Source: the human T2T-CHM13v2.0 reference genome, Homo sapiens. Taken from it: DNA of 64,000 nt. Shown one piece after another: positions 23,763-37,600 of the stretch. The notes beneath the pieces are model-generated. The model made no database searches. It saw only the letters and a list, made by a program, of their open reading frames with translations, and was not told where the DNA came from. A program made the position numbers and the translations under genes. The stretch lies in assembly GCF_009914755.1 (NCBI RefSeq), contig NC_060929.1. One strand, written 5' to 3'. Within the stretch, counting starts at the first letter, position 1, and the number at the start of each line of letters is the position of its first letter.

Positions 23763-26700
23763 GTGCAATTGGCAAGTGGAGATTTCAAGCGCTTTAAGGT
23801 CAATGGCAGAAAAGGAAATATCTTCGTTTCAAAACTAGACAGAATCATTCCCACAAACTGCGTTGTGATGTGTTCGTTCATCTCACAGAGTTTAACCTTT
23901 CTTTTCATAGAGCAGTTAGGAAACACTCTGTTTGTAAATTCTGTAAGTGGATATTCTGACATCTTGTGGCCTTCGTTGGAAACGGGATTTCTTCATATTC
24001 TGCTAGACAGAAGAATTCTCAGAATCTTCCTTGTGTTGTGTGTATTCAACTCACACAGTTGAACGATGGTTTACACAGAGCAGATTTGAAACACTCTTTT
24101 TGTGGAATTTGCAAGTGGAGATTTCAGCCGCTTTGAGGTCAATGGTAGAAAAGGAAATATCTTCGTATAAAAACTAGACAGAATGATTCTCAGAAACTTC
24201 TTTGTGATGTGTGCGTTCAACTCACAGAGTTTAACCTTTCTTTTCATAGAGCAGTTAGGAAACACTCTGTTTGTAAACTCTGCAAGTGGATATTCAGACC
24301 TCTTTGAGGCCTTCGTTGGAAACGGGATTTCTTCATACTGTGCTAGACAGAAGAATTCTCAGTAACTTCCTTGTGTTGTGTGTATTCAACTCACAGAGTT
24401 GAACGATCCTTTACACAGAGCAGACTTGAAACACTCATTTTGTGGAATTTGCAAGTGGAGATTTCAGCCGCGTTGAGGTCAATGGTAGAAAAGGAAATAT
24501 CTTCGTATAAAAACTAGACAGAATGATTCTCAGAAACTCCTTTGAGATGTGTGTGTTCAACTCACAGAGTTTAACCTTTCTTTTCATAGAGCAGTTAGGA
24601 ATCACTCTGTTTGTAAAGTCTGCAAGTGGATATTCAGACCTCTTTGAGGCCTTCGTTGGAAACGGGTTTTTTTCATATAAGGCTAGACAGAAGAATTCCC
24701 AGTAACTTCCTTGTGTTGTGTGTGTTCAACTCACAGAGTTGAACTTTCATTTACACAGAGCAGATTTGAAACACTCTTTTTGTGGAATTTGCAAATGGAG
24801 ATTTCAAGCGCTTTGAGGCCAAAGGCAGAAAAGGAAATATCTTCGTATAAAAACTAGACAGAATCATTCTCAGAAACTGCTCTGCGATGTGTGCGTTCAA
24901 CTCTCAGAGTTTAACTTTTCTTTTCATTCAGCAGTTTGGAAACACTCTGTTTGTAAAGTCTGCACGTGGATATTTTGACCACTTAGAGGCCTTCGTTGGA
25001 AACGGGTTTTTTTCCTGTAAGGCTAGACAGAAGAATTCCCAGTAACTTCCTTGTGTTGTGTACATTCAACTCACAGAGTTGAACGTTCCCTTAGACAGAG
25101 CAGATTTGAAACACTCTTTTTGTGCAATTGGCAAGTGGAGATTTCAAGCGCTTTAAGGTCAATGGCAGAAAAGGAAATATCTTCGTTTCAAAACTAGACA
25201 GAATCATTCCCACAAACTGCGTTGTGATGTGTTCGTTCATCTCACAGAGTTTAACCTTTCTTTTCATAGAGCAGTTAGGAAACACTCTGTTTGTAAATTC
25301 TGTAAGTGGATATTCTGACATCTTGTGGCCTTCGTTGGAAACGGGATTTCTTCATATTCTGCTAGACAGAAGAATTCTCAGAATCTTCCTTGTGTTGTGT
25401 GTATTCAACTCACACAGTTGAACGATGGTTTACACAGAGCAGATTTGAAACACTCTTTTTGTGGAATTTGCAAGTGGAGATTTCAGCCGCTTTGAGGTCA
25501 ATGGTAGAAAAGGAAATATCTTCGTATAAAAACTAGACAGAATGATTCTCAGAAACTTCTTTGTGATGTGTGCGTTCAACTCACAGAGTTTAACCTTTCT
25601 TTTCATAGAGCAGTTAGGAAACACTCTGTTTGTAAACTCTGCAAGTGGATATTCAGACCTCTTTGAGGCCTTCGTTGGAAACGGGATTTCTTCATACTGT
25701 GCTAGACAGAAGAATTCTCAGTAACTTCCTTGTGTTGTGTGTATTCAACTCACAGAGTTGAACGATCCTTTACACAGAGCAGACTTGAAACACTCTTTTT
25801 GTGGAATTTGCAAGTGGAGATTTCAGCCGCGTTGAGGTCAATGGTAGAAAAGGAAATATCTTCGTATAAAAACTAGACAGAATGATTCTCAGAAACTCCT
25901 TTGAGATGTGTGTGTTCAACTCACAGAGTTTAACCTTTCTTTTCATAGAGCAGTTAGGAATCACTCTGTTTGTAAAGTCTGCAAGTGGATATTCAGACCT
26001 CTTTGAGGCCTTCGTTGGAAACGGGTTTTTTTCATATAAGGCTAGACAGAAGAATTCCCAGTAACTTCCTTGTGTTGTGTGTGTTCAACTCACAGAGTTG
26101 AACTTTCATTTACACAGAGCAGATTTGAAACACTCTTTTTGTGGAATTTGCAAATGGAGATTTCAAGCGCTTTGAGGCCAAAGGCAGAAAAGGAAATATC
26201 TTCGTATAAAAACTAGACAGAATCATTCTCAGAAACTGCTCTGCGATGTGTGCGTTCAACTCTCAGAGTTTAACTTTGCTTTTCATTCAGCAGTTTGGAA
26301 ACACTCTGTTTGTAAAGTCTGCACGTGGATAATTTGACCACTTAGAGGCCTTCGTTGGAAACGGGTTTTTTTCATGTAAGGCTAGACAGAAGAATTCTCA
26401 GTAACTTCCTTGTGTTGTGTGTATTCAACTCACAGAGTTGAACGATCCTTTACACAGAGCAGACTTGTAACACTCTTTTTGTGGAATTTGCAAGTGGAGA
26501 TTTCAGCCGCTTTGAAGTCAAAGGTAGAAAAGGAAATATCTTCCTATAAAAACTACACAGAATGATTCTCAGAAACTCCTTTGTGATGTGTGCGTTCAAC
26601 TCACAGAGTTTAAACTTTCTTTTCATAGAGGAGTTAGGAAACACTCTGTTTGTAAAGTCTGCAAGTGGATATTCAGACCTCTTTGAGGCCTTCGTTGGAA

Positions 26701-28519
26701 ACGGGTTTTTTTCATATAAGGCTAGACAGAAGAATTCCCAGTAACTTCCTTGTGTTGTGTGTGTTCAACTCACAGAGTTGAACTTTCATTTACACAGAGC
26801 AGATTTGAAACACTCTTTTTGTGGAATTTGCAAGTGGAGATTTCAAGCGCTTTGAGGCCAAAGGCAGAAAAGGAAATATCTTCGTATAAAAACTAGACAG
26901 AATCATTCTCAGAAACTGCTCTGTGATGTGTGCGTTCAACTCTCAGAGTTTAACTTTTCTTTTCATTCAGCAGTTTGGAAACACTCTGTTTGTAAAGTCT
27001 GCACGTGGATAATTTGACCACTTAGAGGCCTTCGTTGGAAACGGGTTTTTTTCATGTAAGGCTAGACAGAAGAGTTCTCAGTAACTTCCTTGTGTTGTGT
27101 GTATTCAACTCACACAGTTGAACGATCCTTTACACAGAGCAGACTTGTAACACTCTTTTTGTGGAATTTGCAAGTGGAGATTTCAGCCGCTTTGAAGTCA
27201 AAGTAGAAAAGGAAATATCTTCCTATAAAAACTAGACAGAATGATTCTCAGAAACTCCTTTGTGATGTGTGCGTTCAACTCACAGAGTTTAACCTTTCTT
27301 TTCATAGAGCAGTTAGGAAACACTCTGTTTGTAAAGTCTGCAAGTGGATATTCAGACCTCTTTGAGGCCTTCGTTGGAAACGGGTTTTTTTCATATAAGG
27401 CTAGACAGAAGAATTCCCAGTAACTTCCTTGTGTTGTGTGTGTTCAACTCACAGAGTTGAACTTTCATTTACACAGAGCAGATTTGAAACACTCTTTTTG
27501 TGGAATTTGCAGGTGGAGATTTCAAGCGCTTTGAGGCCAAAGGCAGAAAAGGAAATATCTTCGTATAAAAACTAGACAGAATCATTCTCAGAAACTGCTC
27601 TGCGATGTGTGCGTTCAACTCTCAGAGTTTAACTTTTCTTTTCATTCAGCAGTTTGGAAACACTCTGTTTGTAAAGTCTGCACGTGGATAATTTGACCAC
27701 TTAGAGGCCTTCGTTGGAAACGGGTTTTTTTCATGTAAGGCTAGACAGAAGAATTCTCAGTAACTTCCTTGTGTTGTGTGTATTCAACTCACAGAGTTGA
27801 ACGATCCTTTACACAGAGCAGACTTGTAACACTCTTTTTGTGGAATTTGCAAGTGGAGATTTCAGCCGCTTTGAAGTCAAAGGTAGAAAAGGAAATATCT
27901 TCCTATAAAAACTAGACAGAATGATTCTCAGAAACTCCTTTGTGATGTGTGCGTTCAACTCACAGAGTTTAACCTTTCTTTTCATAGAGCAGTTAGGAAA
28001 CACTCTGCTTGTAAAGTCTGCAAGTGGATATTCAGCCCTCTTTGAGGCCTTCGTTGGAAACGGGTTTTTTTCATATAAGGCTAGACAGAAGAATTCCCAG
28101 TAACTTCCTTGTGTTGTGTGTGTTCAACTCACAGAGTTGAACTTTGATTTACACAGAGCAGATTTGAAACACTCTTTTTGTGGAATTTGCAAGTGGAGAT
28201 TTCAAGCGCTTTGAGGCCAAAGGCAGAAAAGGAAATATCTTCGTATAAAAACTAGACAGAATCATTCTCAGAAACTGCTCTGCGATGTGTGCGTTCAACT
28301 CTCAGAGTTTAACTTTTCTTTTCATTCAGCAGTTTGGAAACACTCTGTTTGTAAAGTCTGCACGTGGATATTTTGACCACTTAGAGGCCTTCGTTGGAAA
28401 CGGGTTTTTTTCCTGTAAGGCTAGACAGAAGAATTCCCAGTAACTTCCTTGTGTTGTGTACATTCAACTCACAGAGTTGAACGTTCCCTTAGACAGAGCA
28501 GATTTGAAACACTCTTTTT
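23763..28519 (+). repeat. 8-mer (1359 bp) followed by 20-mer (3398 bp)
   Basis: Landmarks at 23763, 25122 and 28520. Confidence 0.9.
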
Positions 28520-31500
28520 GTGCAATTGGCAAGTGGAGATTTCAAGCGCTTTAAGGTCAATGGCAGAAAAGGAAATATCTTCGTTTCAAAACTAGACAGA
28601 ATCATTCCCACAAACTGCGTTGTGATGTGTTCGTTCATCTCACAGAGTTTAACCTTTCTTTTCATAGAGCAGTTAGGAAACACTCTGTTTGTAAATTCTG
28701 TAAGTGGATATTCTGACATCTTGTGGCCTTCGTTGGAAACGGGATTTCTTCATATTCTGCTAGACAGAAGAATTCTCAGAATCTTCCTTGTGTTGTGTGT
28801 ATTCAACTCACACAGTTGAACGATGGTTTACACAGAGCAGATTTGAAACACTCTTTTTGTGGAATTTGCAAGTGGAGATTTCAGCCGCTTTGAGGTCAAT
28901 GGTAGAAAAGGAAATATCTTCGTATAAAAACTAGACAGAATGATTCTCAGAAACTTCTTTGTGATGTGTGCGTTCAACTCACAGAGTTTAACCTTTCTTT
29001 TCATAGAGCAGTTAGGAAACACTCTGTTTGTAAACTCTGCAAGTGGATATTCAGACCTCTTTGAGGCCTTCGTTGGAAACGGGATTTCTTCATACTGTGC
29101 TAGACAGAAGAATTCTCAGTAACTTCCTTGTGTTGTGTGTATTCAACTCACAGAGTTGAACGATCCTTTACACAGAGCAGACTTGAAACACTCTTTTTGT
29201 GGAATTTGCAAGTGGAGATTTCAGCCGCGTTGAGGTCAATGGTAGAAAAGGAAATATCTTCGTATAAAAACTAGACAGAATGATTCTCAGAAACTCCTTT
29301 GAGATGTGTGTGTTCAACTCACAGAGTTTAACCTTTCTTTTCATAGAGCAGTTAGGAATCACTCTGTTTGTAAAGTCTGCAAGTGGATATTCAGACCTCT
29401 TTGAGGCCTTCGTTGGAAACGGGTTTTTTTCATATAAGGCTAGACAGAAGAATTCCCAGTAACTTCCTTGTGTTGTGTGTGTTCAACTCACAGAGTTGAA
29501 CTTTCATTTACACAGAGCAGATTTGAAACACTCTTTTTGTGGAATTTGCAAATGGAGATTTCAAGCGCTTTGAGGCCAAAGGCAGAAAAGGAAATATCTT
29601 CGTATAAAAACTAGACAGAATCATTCTCAGAAACTGCTCTGCGATGTGTGCGTTCAACTCTCAGAGTTTAACTTTTCTTTTCATTCAGCAGTTTGGAAAC
29701 ACTCTGTTTGTAAAGTCTGCACGTGGATAATTTGACCACTTAGAGGCCTTCGTTGGAAACGGGTTTTTTTCATGTAAGGCTAGACAGAAGAGTTCTCAGT
29801 AACTTCCTTGTGTTGTGTGTATTCAACTCACACAGTTGAACGATCCTTTACACAGAGCAGACTTGTAACACTCTTTTTGTGGAATTTGCAAGTGGAGATT
29901 TCAGCCGCTTTGAAGTCAAAGTAGAAAAGGAAATATCTTCCTATAAAAACTAGACAGAATGATTCTCAGAAACTCCTTTGTGATGTGTGCGTTCAACTCA
30001 CAGAGTTTAACCTTTCTTTTCATAGAGCAGTTAGGAAACACTCTGTTTGTAAAGTCTGCAAGTGGATATTCAGACCTCTTTGAGGCCTTCGTTGGAAACG
30101 GGTTTTTTTCATATAAGGCTAGACAGAAGAATTCCCAGTAACTTCCTTGTGTTGTGTGTGTTCAACTCACAGAGTTGAACTTTCATTTACACAGAGCAGA
30201 TTTGAAACACTCTTTTTGTGGAATTTGCAGGTGGAGATTTCAAGCGCTTTGAGGCCAAAGGCAGAAAAGGAAATATCTTCGTATAAAAACTAGACAGAAT
30301 CATTCTCAGAAACTGCTCTGCGATGTGTGCGTTCAACTCTCAGAGTTTAACTTTTCTTTTCATTCAGCAGTTTGGAAACACTCTGTTTGTAAAGTCTGCA
30401 CGTGGATAATTTGACCACTTAGAGGCCTTCGTTGGAAACGGGTTTTTTTCATGTAAGGCTAGACAGAAGAATTCTCAGTAACTTCCTTGTGTTGTGTGTA
30501 TTCAACTCACAGAGTTGAACGATCCTTTACACAGAGCAGACTTGTAACACTCTTTTTGTGGAATTTGCAAGTGGAGATTTCAGCCGCTTTGAAGTCAAAG
30601 GTAGAAAAGGAAATATCTTCCTATAAAAACTAGACAGAATGATTCTCAGAAACTCCTTTGTGATGTGTGCGTTCAACTCACAGAGTTTAACCTTTCTTTT
30701 CATAGAGCAGTTAGGAAACACTCTGCTTGTAAAGTCTGCAAGTGGATATTCAGCCCTCTTTGAGGCCTTCGTTGGAAACGGGTTTTTTTCATATAAGGCT
30801 AGACAGAAGAATTCCCAGTAACTTCCTTGTGTTGTGTGTGTTCAACTCACAGAGTTGAACTTTGATTTACACAGAGCAGATTTGAAACACTCTTTTTGTG
30901 GAATTTGCAAGTGGAGATTTCAAGCGCTTTGAGGCCAAAGGCAGAAAAGGAAATATCTTCGTATAAAAACTAGACAGAATCATTCTCAGAAACTGCTCTG
31001 CGATGTGTGCGTTCAACTCTCAGAGTTTAACTTTTCTTTTCATTCAGCAGTTTGGAAACACTCTGTTTGTAAAGTCTGCACGTGGATATTTTGACCACTT
31101 AGAGGCCTTCGTTGGAAACGGGTTTTTTTCCTGTAAGGCTAGACAGAAGAATTCCCAGTAACTTCCTTGTGTTGTGTACATTCAACTCACAGAGTTGAAC
31201 GTTCCCTTAGACAGAGCAGATTTGAAACACTCTTTTTGTGCAATTGGCAAGTGGAGATTTCAAGCGCTTTAAGGTCAATGGCAGAAAAGGAAATATCTTC
31301 GTTTCAAAACTAGACAGAATCATTCCCACAAACTGCGTTGTGATGTGTTCGTTCATCTCACAGAGTTTAACCTTTCTTTTCATAGAGCAGTTAGGAAACA
31401 CTCTGTTTGTAAATTCTGTAAGTGGATATTCTGACATCTTGTGGCCTTCGTTGGAAACGGGATTTCTTCATATTCTGCTAGACAGAAGAATTCTCAGAAT

Positions 31501-34500
31501 CTTCCTTGTGTTGTGTGTATTCAACTCACACAGTTGAACGATGGTTTACACAGAGCAGATTTGAAACACTCTTTTTGTGGAATTTGCAAGTGGAGATTTC
31601 AGCCGCTTTGAGGTCAATGGTAGAAAAGGAAATATTTTCGTATAAAAACTAGACAGAATGATTCTCAGAAACTTCTTTGTGATGTGTGCGTTCAACTCAC
31701 AGAGTTTAACCTTTCTTTTCATAGAGCAGTTAGGAAACACTCTGTTTGTAAACTCTGCAAGTGGATATTCAGACCTCTTTGAGGCCTTCGTTGGAAACGG
31801 GATTTCTTCATACTGTGCTAGACAGAAGAATTCTCAGTAACTTCCTTGTGTTGTGTGTATTCAACTCACAGAGTTGAACGATCCTTTACACAGAGCAGAC
31901 TTGAAACACTCTTTTTGTGGAATTTGCAAGTGGAGATTTCAGCCGCGTTGAGGTCAATGGTAGAAAAGGAAATATCTTCGTATAAAAACTAGACAGAATG
32001 ATTCTCAGAAACTCCTTTGAGATGTGTGTGTTCAACTCACAGAGTTTAACCTTTCTTTTCATAGAGCAGTTAGGAAACACTCTGTTTGTAAAGTCTGCAG
32101 GTGGATATTCAGACCTCTTTGAGGCCTTCGTTGGAAACGGGTTTTTTTCATATAAGGCTAGACAGAAGAATTCCCAGTAACTTCCTTGTGTTGTGTGTGT
32201 TCAACTCACAGAGTTGAACTTTCATTTAGACAGAGCAGATTTGAAACACTCTTTTTGTGGAATTTGCAAATGGAGATTTCAAGCGCTTTGAGGCCAAAGG
32301 CAGAAAAGGAAATATCTTCGTATAAAAACTAGACAGAATCATTCTCAGAAACTGCTCTGCGATGTGTGCGTTCAACTCTCAGAGTTTCACTTTGCTTTTC
32401 ATTCAGCAGTTTGGAAACACTCTGTTTGTAAAGTCTGCACGTGGATAATTTGACCACTTAGAGGCCTTCGTTGGAAACGGGTTTTTTTCATGTAAGGCTA
32501 GACAGAAGAATTCTCAGTAACTTCCTTGTGTTGTGTGTATTCAACTCACAGAGTTGAACGATCCTTTACACAGAGCAGACTTGTAACACTCTTTTTGTGG
32601 AATTTGCAAGTGGAGATTTCAGCCGCTTTGAAGTCAAAGGTAGAAAAGGAAATATCTTCCTATAAAAACTAGACAGAATGATTCTCAGAAACTCCTTTGT
32701 GATGTGTGCGTTCAACTCACAGAGTTTAACCTTTCTTTTCATAGAGGAGTTAGGAAACACTCTGTTTGTAAAGTCTGCAAGTGGATATTCAGACCTCTTT
32801 GAGGCCTTCGTTGGAAACGGGTTTTTTTCATATAAGGCTAGACAGAAGAATTCCCAGTAACTTCCTTGTGTTGTGTGTGTTCAACTCACAGAGTTGAACT
32901 TTCATTTACACAGAGCAGATTTGAAACACTCTTTTTGTGGAATTTGCAAGTGGAGATTTCAAGCGCTTTGAGGCCAAAGGCAGAAAAGGAAATATCTTCG
33001 TATAAAAACTAGACAGAATCATTCTCAGAAACTGCTCTGTGATGTGTGCGTTCAACTCTCAGAGTTTAACTTTTCTGTTCATTCAGCAGTTTGGAAACAC
33101 TCTGTTTGTAAAGTCTGCACGTGGATAATTTGACCACTTAGAGGCCTTCGTTGGAAACGGGTTTTTTTCATGTAAGGCTAGACAGAAGAGTTCTCAGTAA
33201 CTTCCTTGTGTTGTGTGTATTCAACTCACACAGTTGAACGATCCTTTACACAGAGCAGACTTGTAACACTCTTTTTGTGGAATTTGCAAATGGAGATTTC
33301 AGCCGCTTTGAAGTCAAAGTAGAAAAGGAAATATCTTCCTATAAAAACTAGACAGAATGATTCTCAGAAACTCCTTTGTGATGTGTGCGTTCAACTCACA
33401 GAGTTTAACCTTTCTTTTCATAGAGCAGTTAGGAAACACTCTGTTTGTAAAGTCTGCAAGTGGATATTCAGACCTCTTTGAGGCCTTCGTTGGAAACGGG
33501 TTTTTTTCATATAAGGCTAGACAGAAGAATTCCCAGTAACTTCCTTGTGTTGTGTGTGTTCAACTCACAGAGTTGAACTTTCATTTACACAGAGCAGATT
33601 TGAAACACTCTTTTTGTGGAATTTGCAGGTGGAGATTTCAAGCGCTTTGAGGCCAAAGGCAGAAAAGGAAATATCTTCGTATAAAAACTAGACAGAATCA
33701 TTCTCAGAAACTGCTCTGCGATGTGTGCGTTCAACTCTCAGAGTTTAACTTTTCTTTTCATTCAGCAGTTTGGAAACACTCTGTTTGTAAAGTCTGCACG
33801 TGGATAATTTGACCACTTAGAGGCCTTCGTTGGAAACGGGTTTTTTTCATGTAAGGCTAGACAGAAGAATTCTCAGTAACTTCCTTGTGTTGTGTGTATT
33901 CAACTCACAGAGTTGAACGATCCTTTACACAGAGCAGACTTGTAACACTCTTTTTGTGGAATTTGCAAGTGGAGATTTCAGCCGCTTTGAAGTCAAAGGT
34001 AGAAAAGGAAATATCTTCCTATAAAAACTAGACAGAATGATTCTCAGAAACTCCTTTGTGATGTGTGCGTTCAACTCACAGAGTTTAACCTTTCTTTTCA
34101 TAGAGCAGTTAGGAAACACTCTGCTTGTAAAGTCTGCAAGTGGATATTCAGCCCTCTTTGAGGCCTTCGTTGGAAACGGGTTTTTTTCATATAAGGCTAG
34201 ACAGAAGAATTCCCAGTAACTTCCTTGTGTTGTGTGTGTTCAACTCACAGAGTTGAACTTTGATTTACACAGAGCAGATTTGAAACACTCTTTTTGTGGA
34301 ATTTGCAAGTGGAGATTTCAAGCGCTTTGAGGCCAAAGGCAGAAAAGGAAATATCTTCGTATAAAAACTAGACAGAATCATTCTCAGAAACTGCTCTGCG
34401 ATGTGTGCGTTCAACTCTCAGAGTTTAACTTTGCTTTTCATTCAGCAGTTTGGAAACACTCTGTTTGTAAAGTCTGCACGTGGATATTTTGACCACTTAG

Positions 34501-34635
34501 AGGCCTTCGTTGGAAACGGGTTTTTTTCCTGTAAGGCTAGACAGAAGAATTCCCAGTAACTTCCTTGTGTTGTGTACATTCAACTCACAGAGTTGAACGT
34601 TCCCTTAGACAGAGCAGATTTGAAACACTCTTTTT
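28520..34635 (+). repeat. 16-mer (2718 bp) followed by 20-mer (3398 bp)
   Basis: Landmarks at 28520, 31238 and 34636. Confidence 0.9.
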
Positions 34636-37600
34636 GTGCAATTGGCAAGTGGAGATTTCAAGCGCTTTAAGGTCAATGGCAGAAAAGGAAATATCTTCGT
34701 TTCAAAACTAGACAGAATCATTCCCACAAACTGCGTTGTGATGTGTTCGTTCATCTCACAGAGTTTAACCTTTCTTTTCATAGAGCAGTTAGGAAACACT
34801 CTGTTTGTAAATTCTGTAAGTGGATATTCTGACATCTTGTGGCCTTCGTTGGAAACGGGATTTCTTCATATTCTGCTAGACAGAAGAATTCTCAGAATCT
34901 TCCTTGTGTTGTGTGTATTCAACTCACACAGTTGAACGATGGTTTACACAGAGCAGATTTGAAACACTCTTTTTGTGGAATTTGCAAGTGGAGATTTCAG
35001 CCGCTTTGAGGTCAATGGTAGAAAAGGAAATATTTTCGTATAAAAACTAGACAGAATGATTCTCAGAAACTTCTTTGTGATGTGTGCGTTCAACTCACAG
35101 AGTTTAACCTTTCTTTTCATAGAGCAGTTAGGAAACACTCTGTTTGTAAACTCTGCAAGTGGATATTCAGACCTCTTTGAGGCCTTCGTTGGAAACGGGA
35201 TTTCTTCATACTGTGCTAGACAGAAGAATTCTCAGTAACTTCCTTGTGTTGTGTGTATTCAACTCACAGAGTTGAACGATCCTTTACACAGAGCAGACTT
35301 GAAACACTCTTTTTGTGGAATTTGCAAGTGGAGATTTCAGCCGCGTTGAGGTCAATGGTAGAAAAGGAAATATCTTCGTATAAAAACTAGACAGAATGAT
35401 TCTCAGAAACTCCTTTGAGATGTGTGTGTTCAACTCACAGAGTTTAACCTTTCTTTTCATAGAGTAGTTAGGAAACACTCTGTTTGTAAAGTCTGCAGGT
35501 GGATATTCAGACCTCTTTGAGGCCTTCGTTGGAAACGGGTTTTTTTCATATAAGGCTAGACAGAAGAATTCCCAGTAACTTCCTTGTGTTGTGTGTGTTC
35601 AACTCACAGAGTTGAACTTTCATTTAGTCAGAGCAGATTTGAAACACTCTTTTTGTGGAATTTGCAAATGGAGATTTCAAGCGCTTTGAGGCCAAAGGCA
35701 GAAAAGGAAATATCTTCGTATAAAAACTAGACAGAATCATTCTCAGAAACTGCTCTGCGATGTGTGCGTTCAACTCTCAGAGTTTAACTTTGCTTTTCAT
35801 TCAGCAGTTTGGAAACACTCTGTTTGTAAAGTCTGCACGTGGATAATTTGACCACTTAGAGGCCTTCGTTGGAAACGGGTTTTTTTCATGTAAGGCTAGA
35901 CAGAAGAATTCTCAGTAACTTCCTTGTGTTGTGTGTATTCAACTCACAGAGTTGAACGATCCTTTACACAGAGCAGACTTGTAACAATCTTTTTGTGGAA
36001 TTTGCAAGTGGAGATTTCAGCCGCTTTGAAGTCAAAGGTAGAAAAGGAAATATCTTCCTATAAAAACTAGACAGAATGATTCTCAGAAACTCCTTTGTGA
36101 TGTGTGCGTTCAACTCACAGAGTTTAACCTTTCTTTTCATAGAGGAGTTAGGAAACACTCTGTTTGTAAAGTCTGCAAGTGGATATTCAGACCTCTTTGA
36201 GGCCTTCGTTGGAAACGGGTTTTTTTCATATAAGGCTAGACAGAAGAATTCCCAGTAACTTCCTTCTGTTGTGTGTGTTCAACTCACAGAGTTGAACTTT
36301 CATTTACACAGAGCAGATTTGAAACACTCTTTTTGTGGAATTTGCAAGTGGAGATTTCAAGCGCTTTGAGGCCAAAGGCAGAAAAGGAAATATCTTCGTA
36401 TAAAAACTAGACAGAATCATTCTCAGAAACTGCTCTGTGATGTGTGCGTTCAACTCTCAGAGTTTAACTTTTCTGTTCATTCAGCAGTTTGGAAACACTC
36501 TGTTTGTAAAGTCTGCACGTGGATAATTTGACCACTTAGAGGCCTTCGTTGGAAACGGGTTTTTTTCATGTAAGGCTAGACAGAAGAGTTCTCAGTAACT
36601 TCCTTGTGTTGTGTGTATTCAACTCACACAGTTGAACGATCCTTTACACAGAGCAGACTTGTAACACTCTTTTTGTGGAATTTGCAAATGGAGATTTCAG
36701 CCGCTTTGAAGTCAAAGTAGAAAAGGAAATATCTTCCTATAAAAACTAGACAGAATGATTCTCAGAAACTCCTTTGTGATGTGTGCGTTCAACTCACAGA
36801 GTTTAACCTTTCTTTTCATAGAGCAGTTAGGAAACACTCTGTTTGTAAAGTCTGCAAGTGGATATTCAGACCTCTTTGAGGCCTTCGTTGGAAACGGGTT
36901 TTTTTCATATAAGGCTAGACAGAAGAATTCCCAGTAACTTCCTTGTGTTGTGTGTGTTCAACTCACAGAGTTGAACTTTCATTTACACAGAGCAGATTTG
37001 AAACACTCTTTTTGTGGAATTTGCAGGTGGAGATTTCAAGCGCTTTGAGGCCAAAGGCAGAAAAGGAAATATCTTCGTATAAAAACTAGACAGAATCATT
37101 CTCAGAAACTGCTCTGCGATGTGTGCGTTCAACTCTCAGAGTTTAACTTTTCTTTTCATTCAGCAGTTTGGAAACACTCTGTTTGTAAAGTCTGCACGTG
37201 GATATTTTGACCACTTAGAGGCCTTCGTTGGAAACGGGTTTTTTTCCTGTAAGGCTAGACAGAAGAATTCCCAGTAACTTCCTTGTGTTGTGTACATTCA
37301 ACTCACAGAGTTGAACGTTCCCTTAGACAGAGCAGATTTGAAACACTCTTTTTGTGCAATTGGCAAGTGGAGATTTCAAGCGCTTTAAGGTCAATGGCAG
37401 AAAAGGAAATATCTTCGTTTCAAAACTAGACAGAATCATTCCCACAAACTGCGTTGTGATGTGTTCGTTCATCTCACAGAGTTTAACCTTTCTTTTCATA
37501 GAGCAGTTAGGAAACACTCTGTTTGTAAATTCTGTAAGTGGATATTCTGACATCTTGTGGCCTTCGTTGGAAACGGGATTTCTTCATATTCTGCTAGACA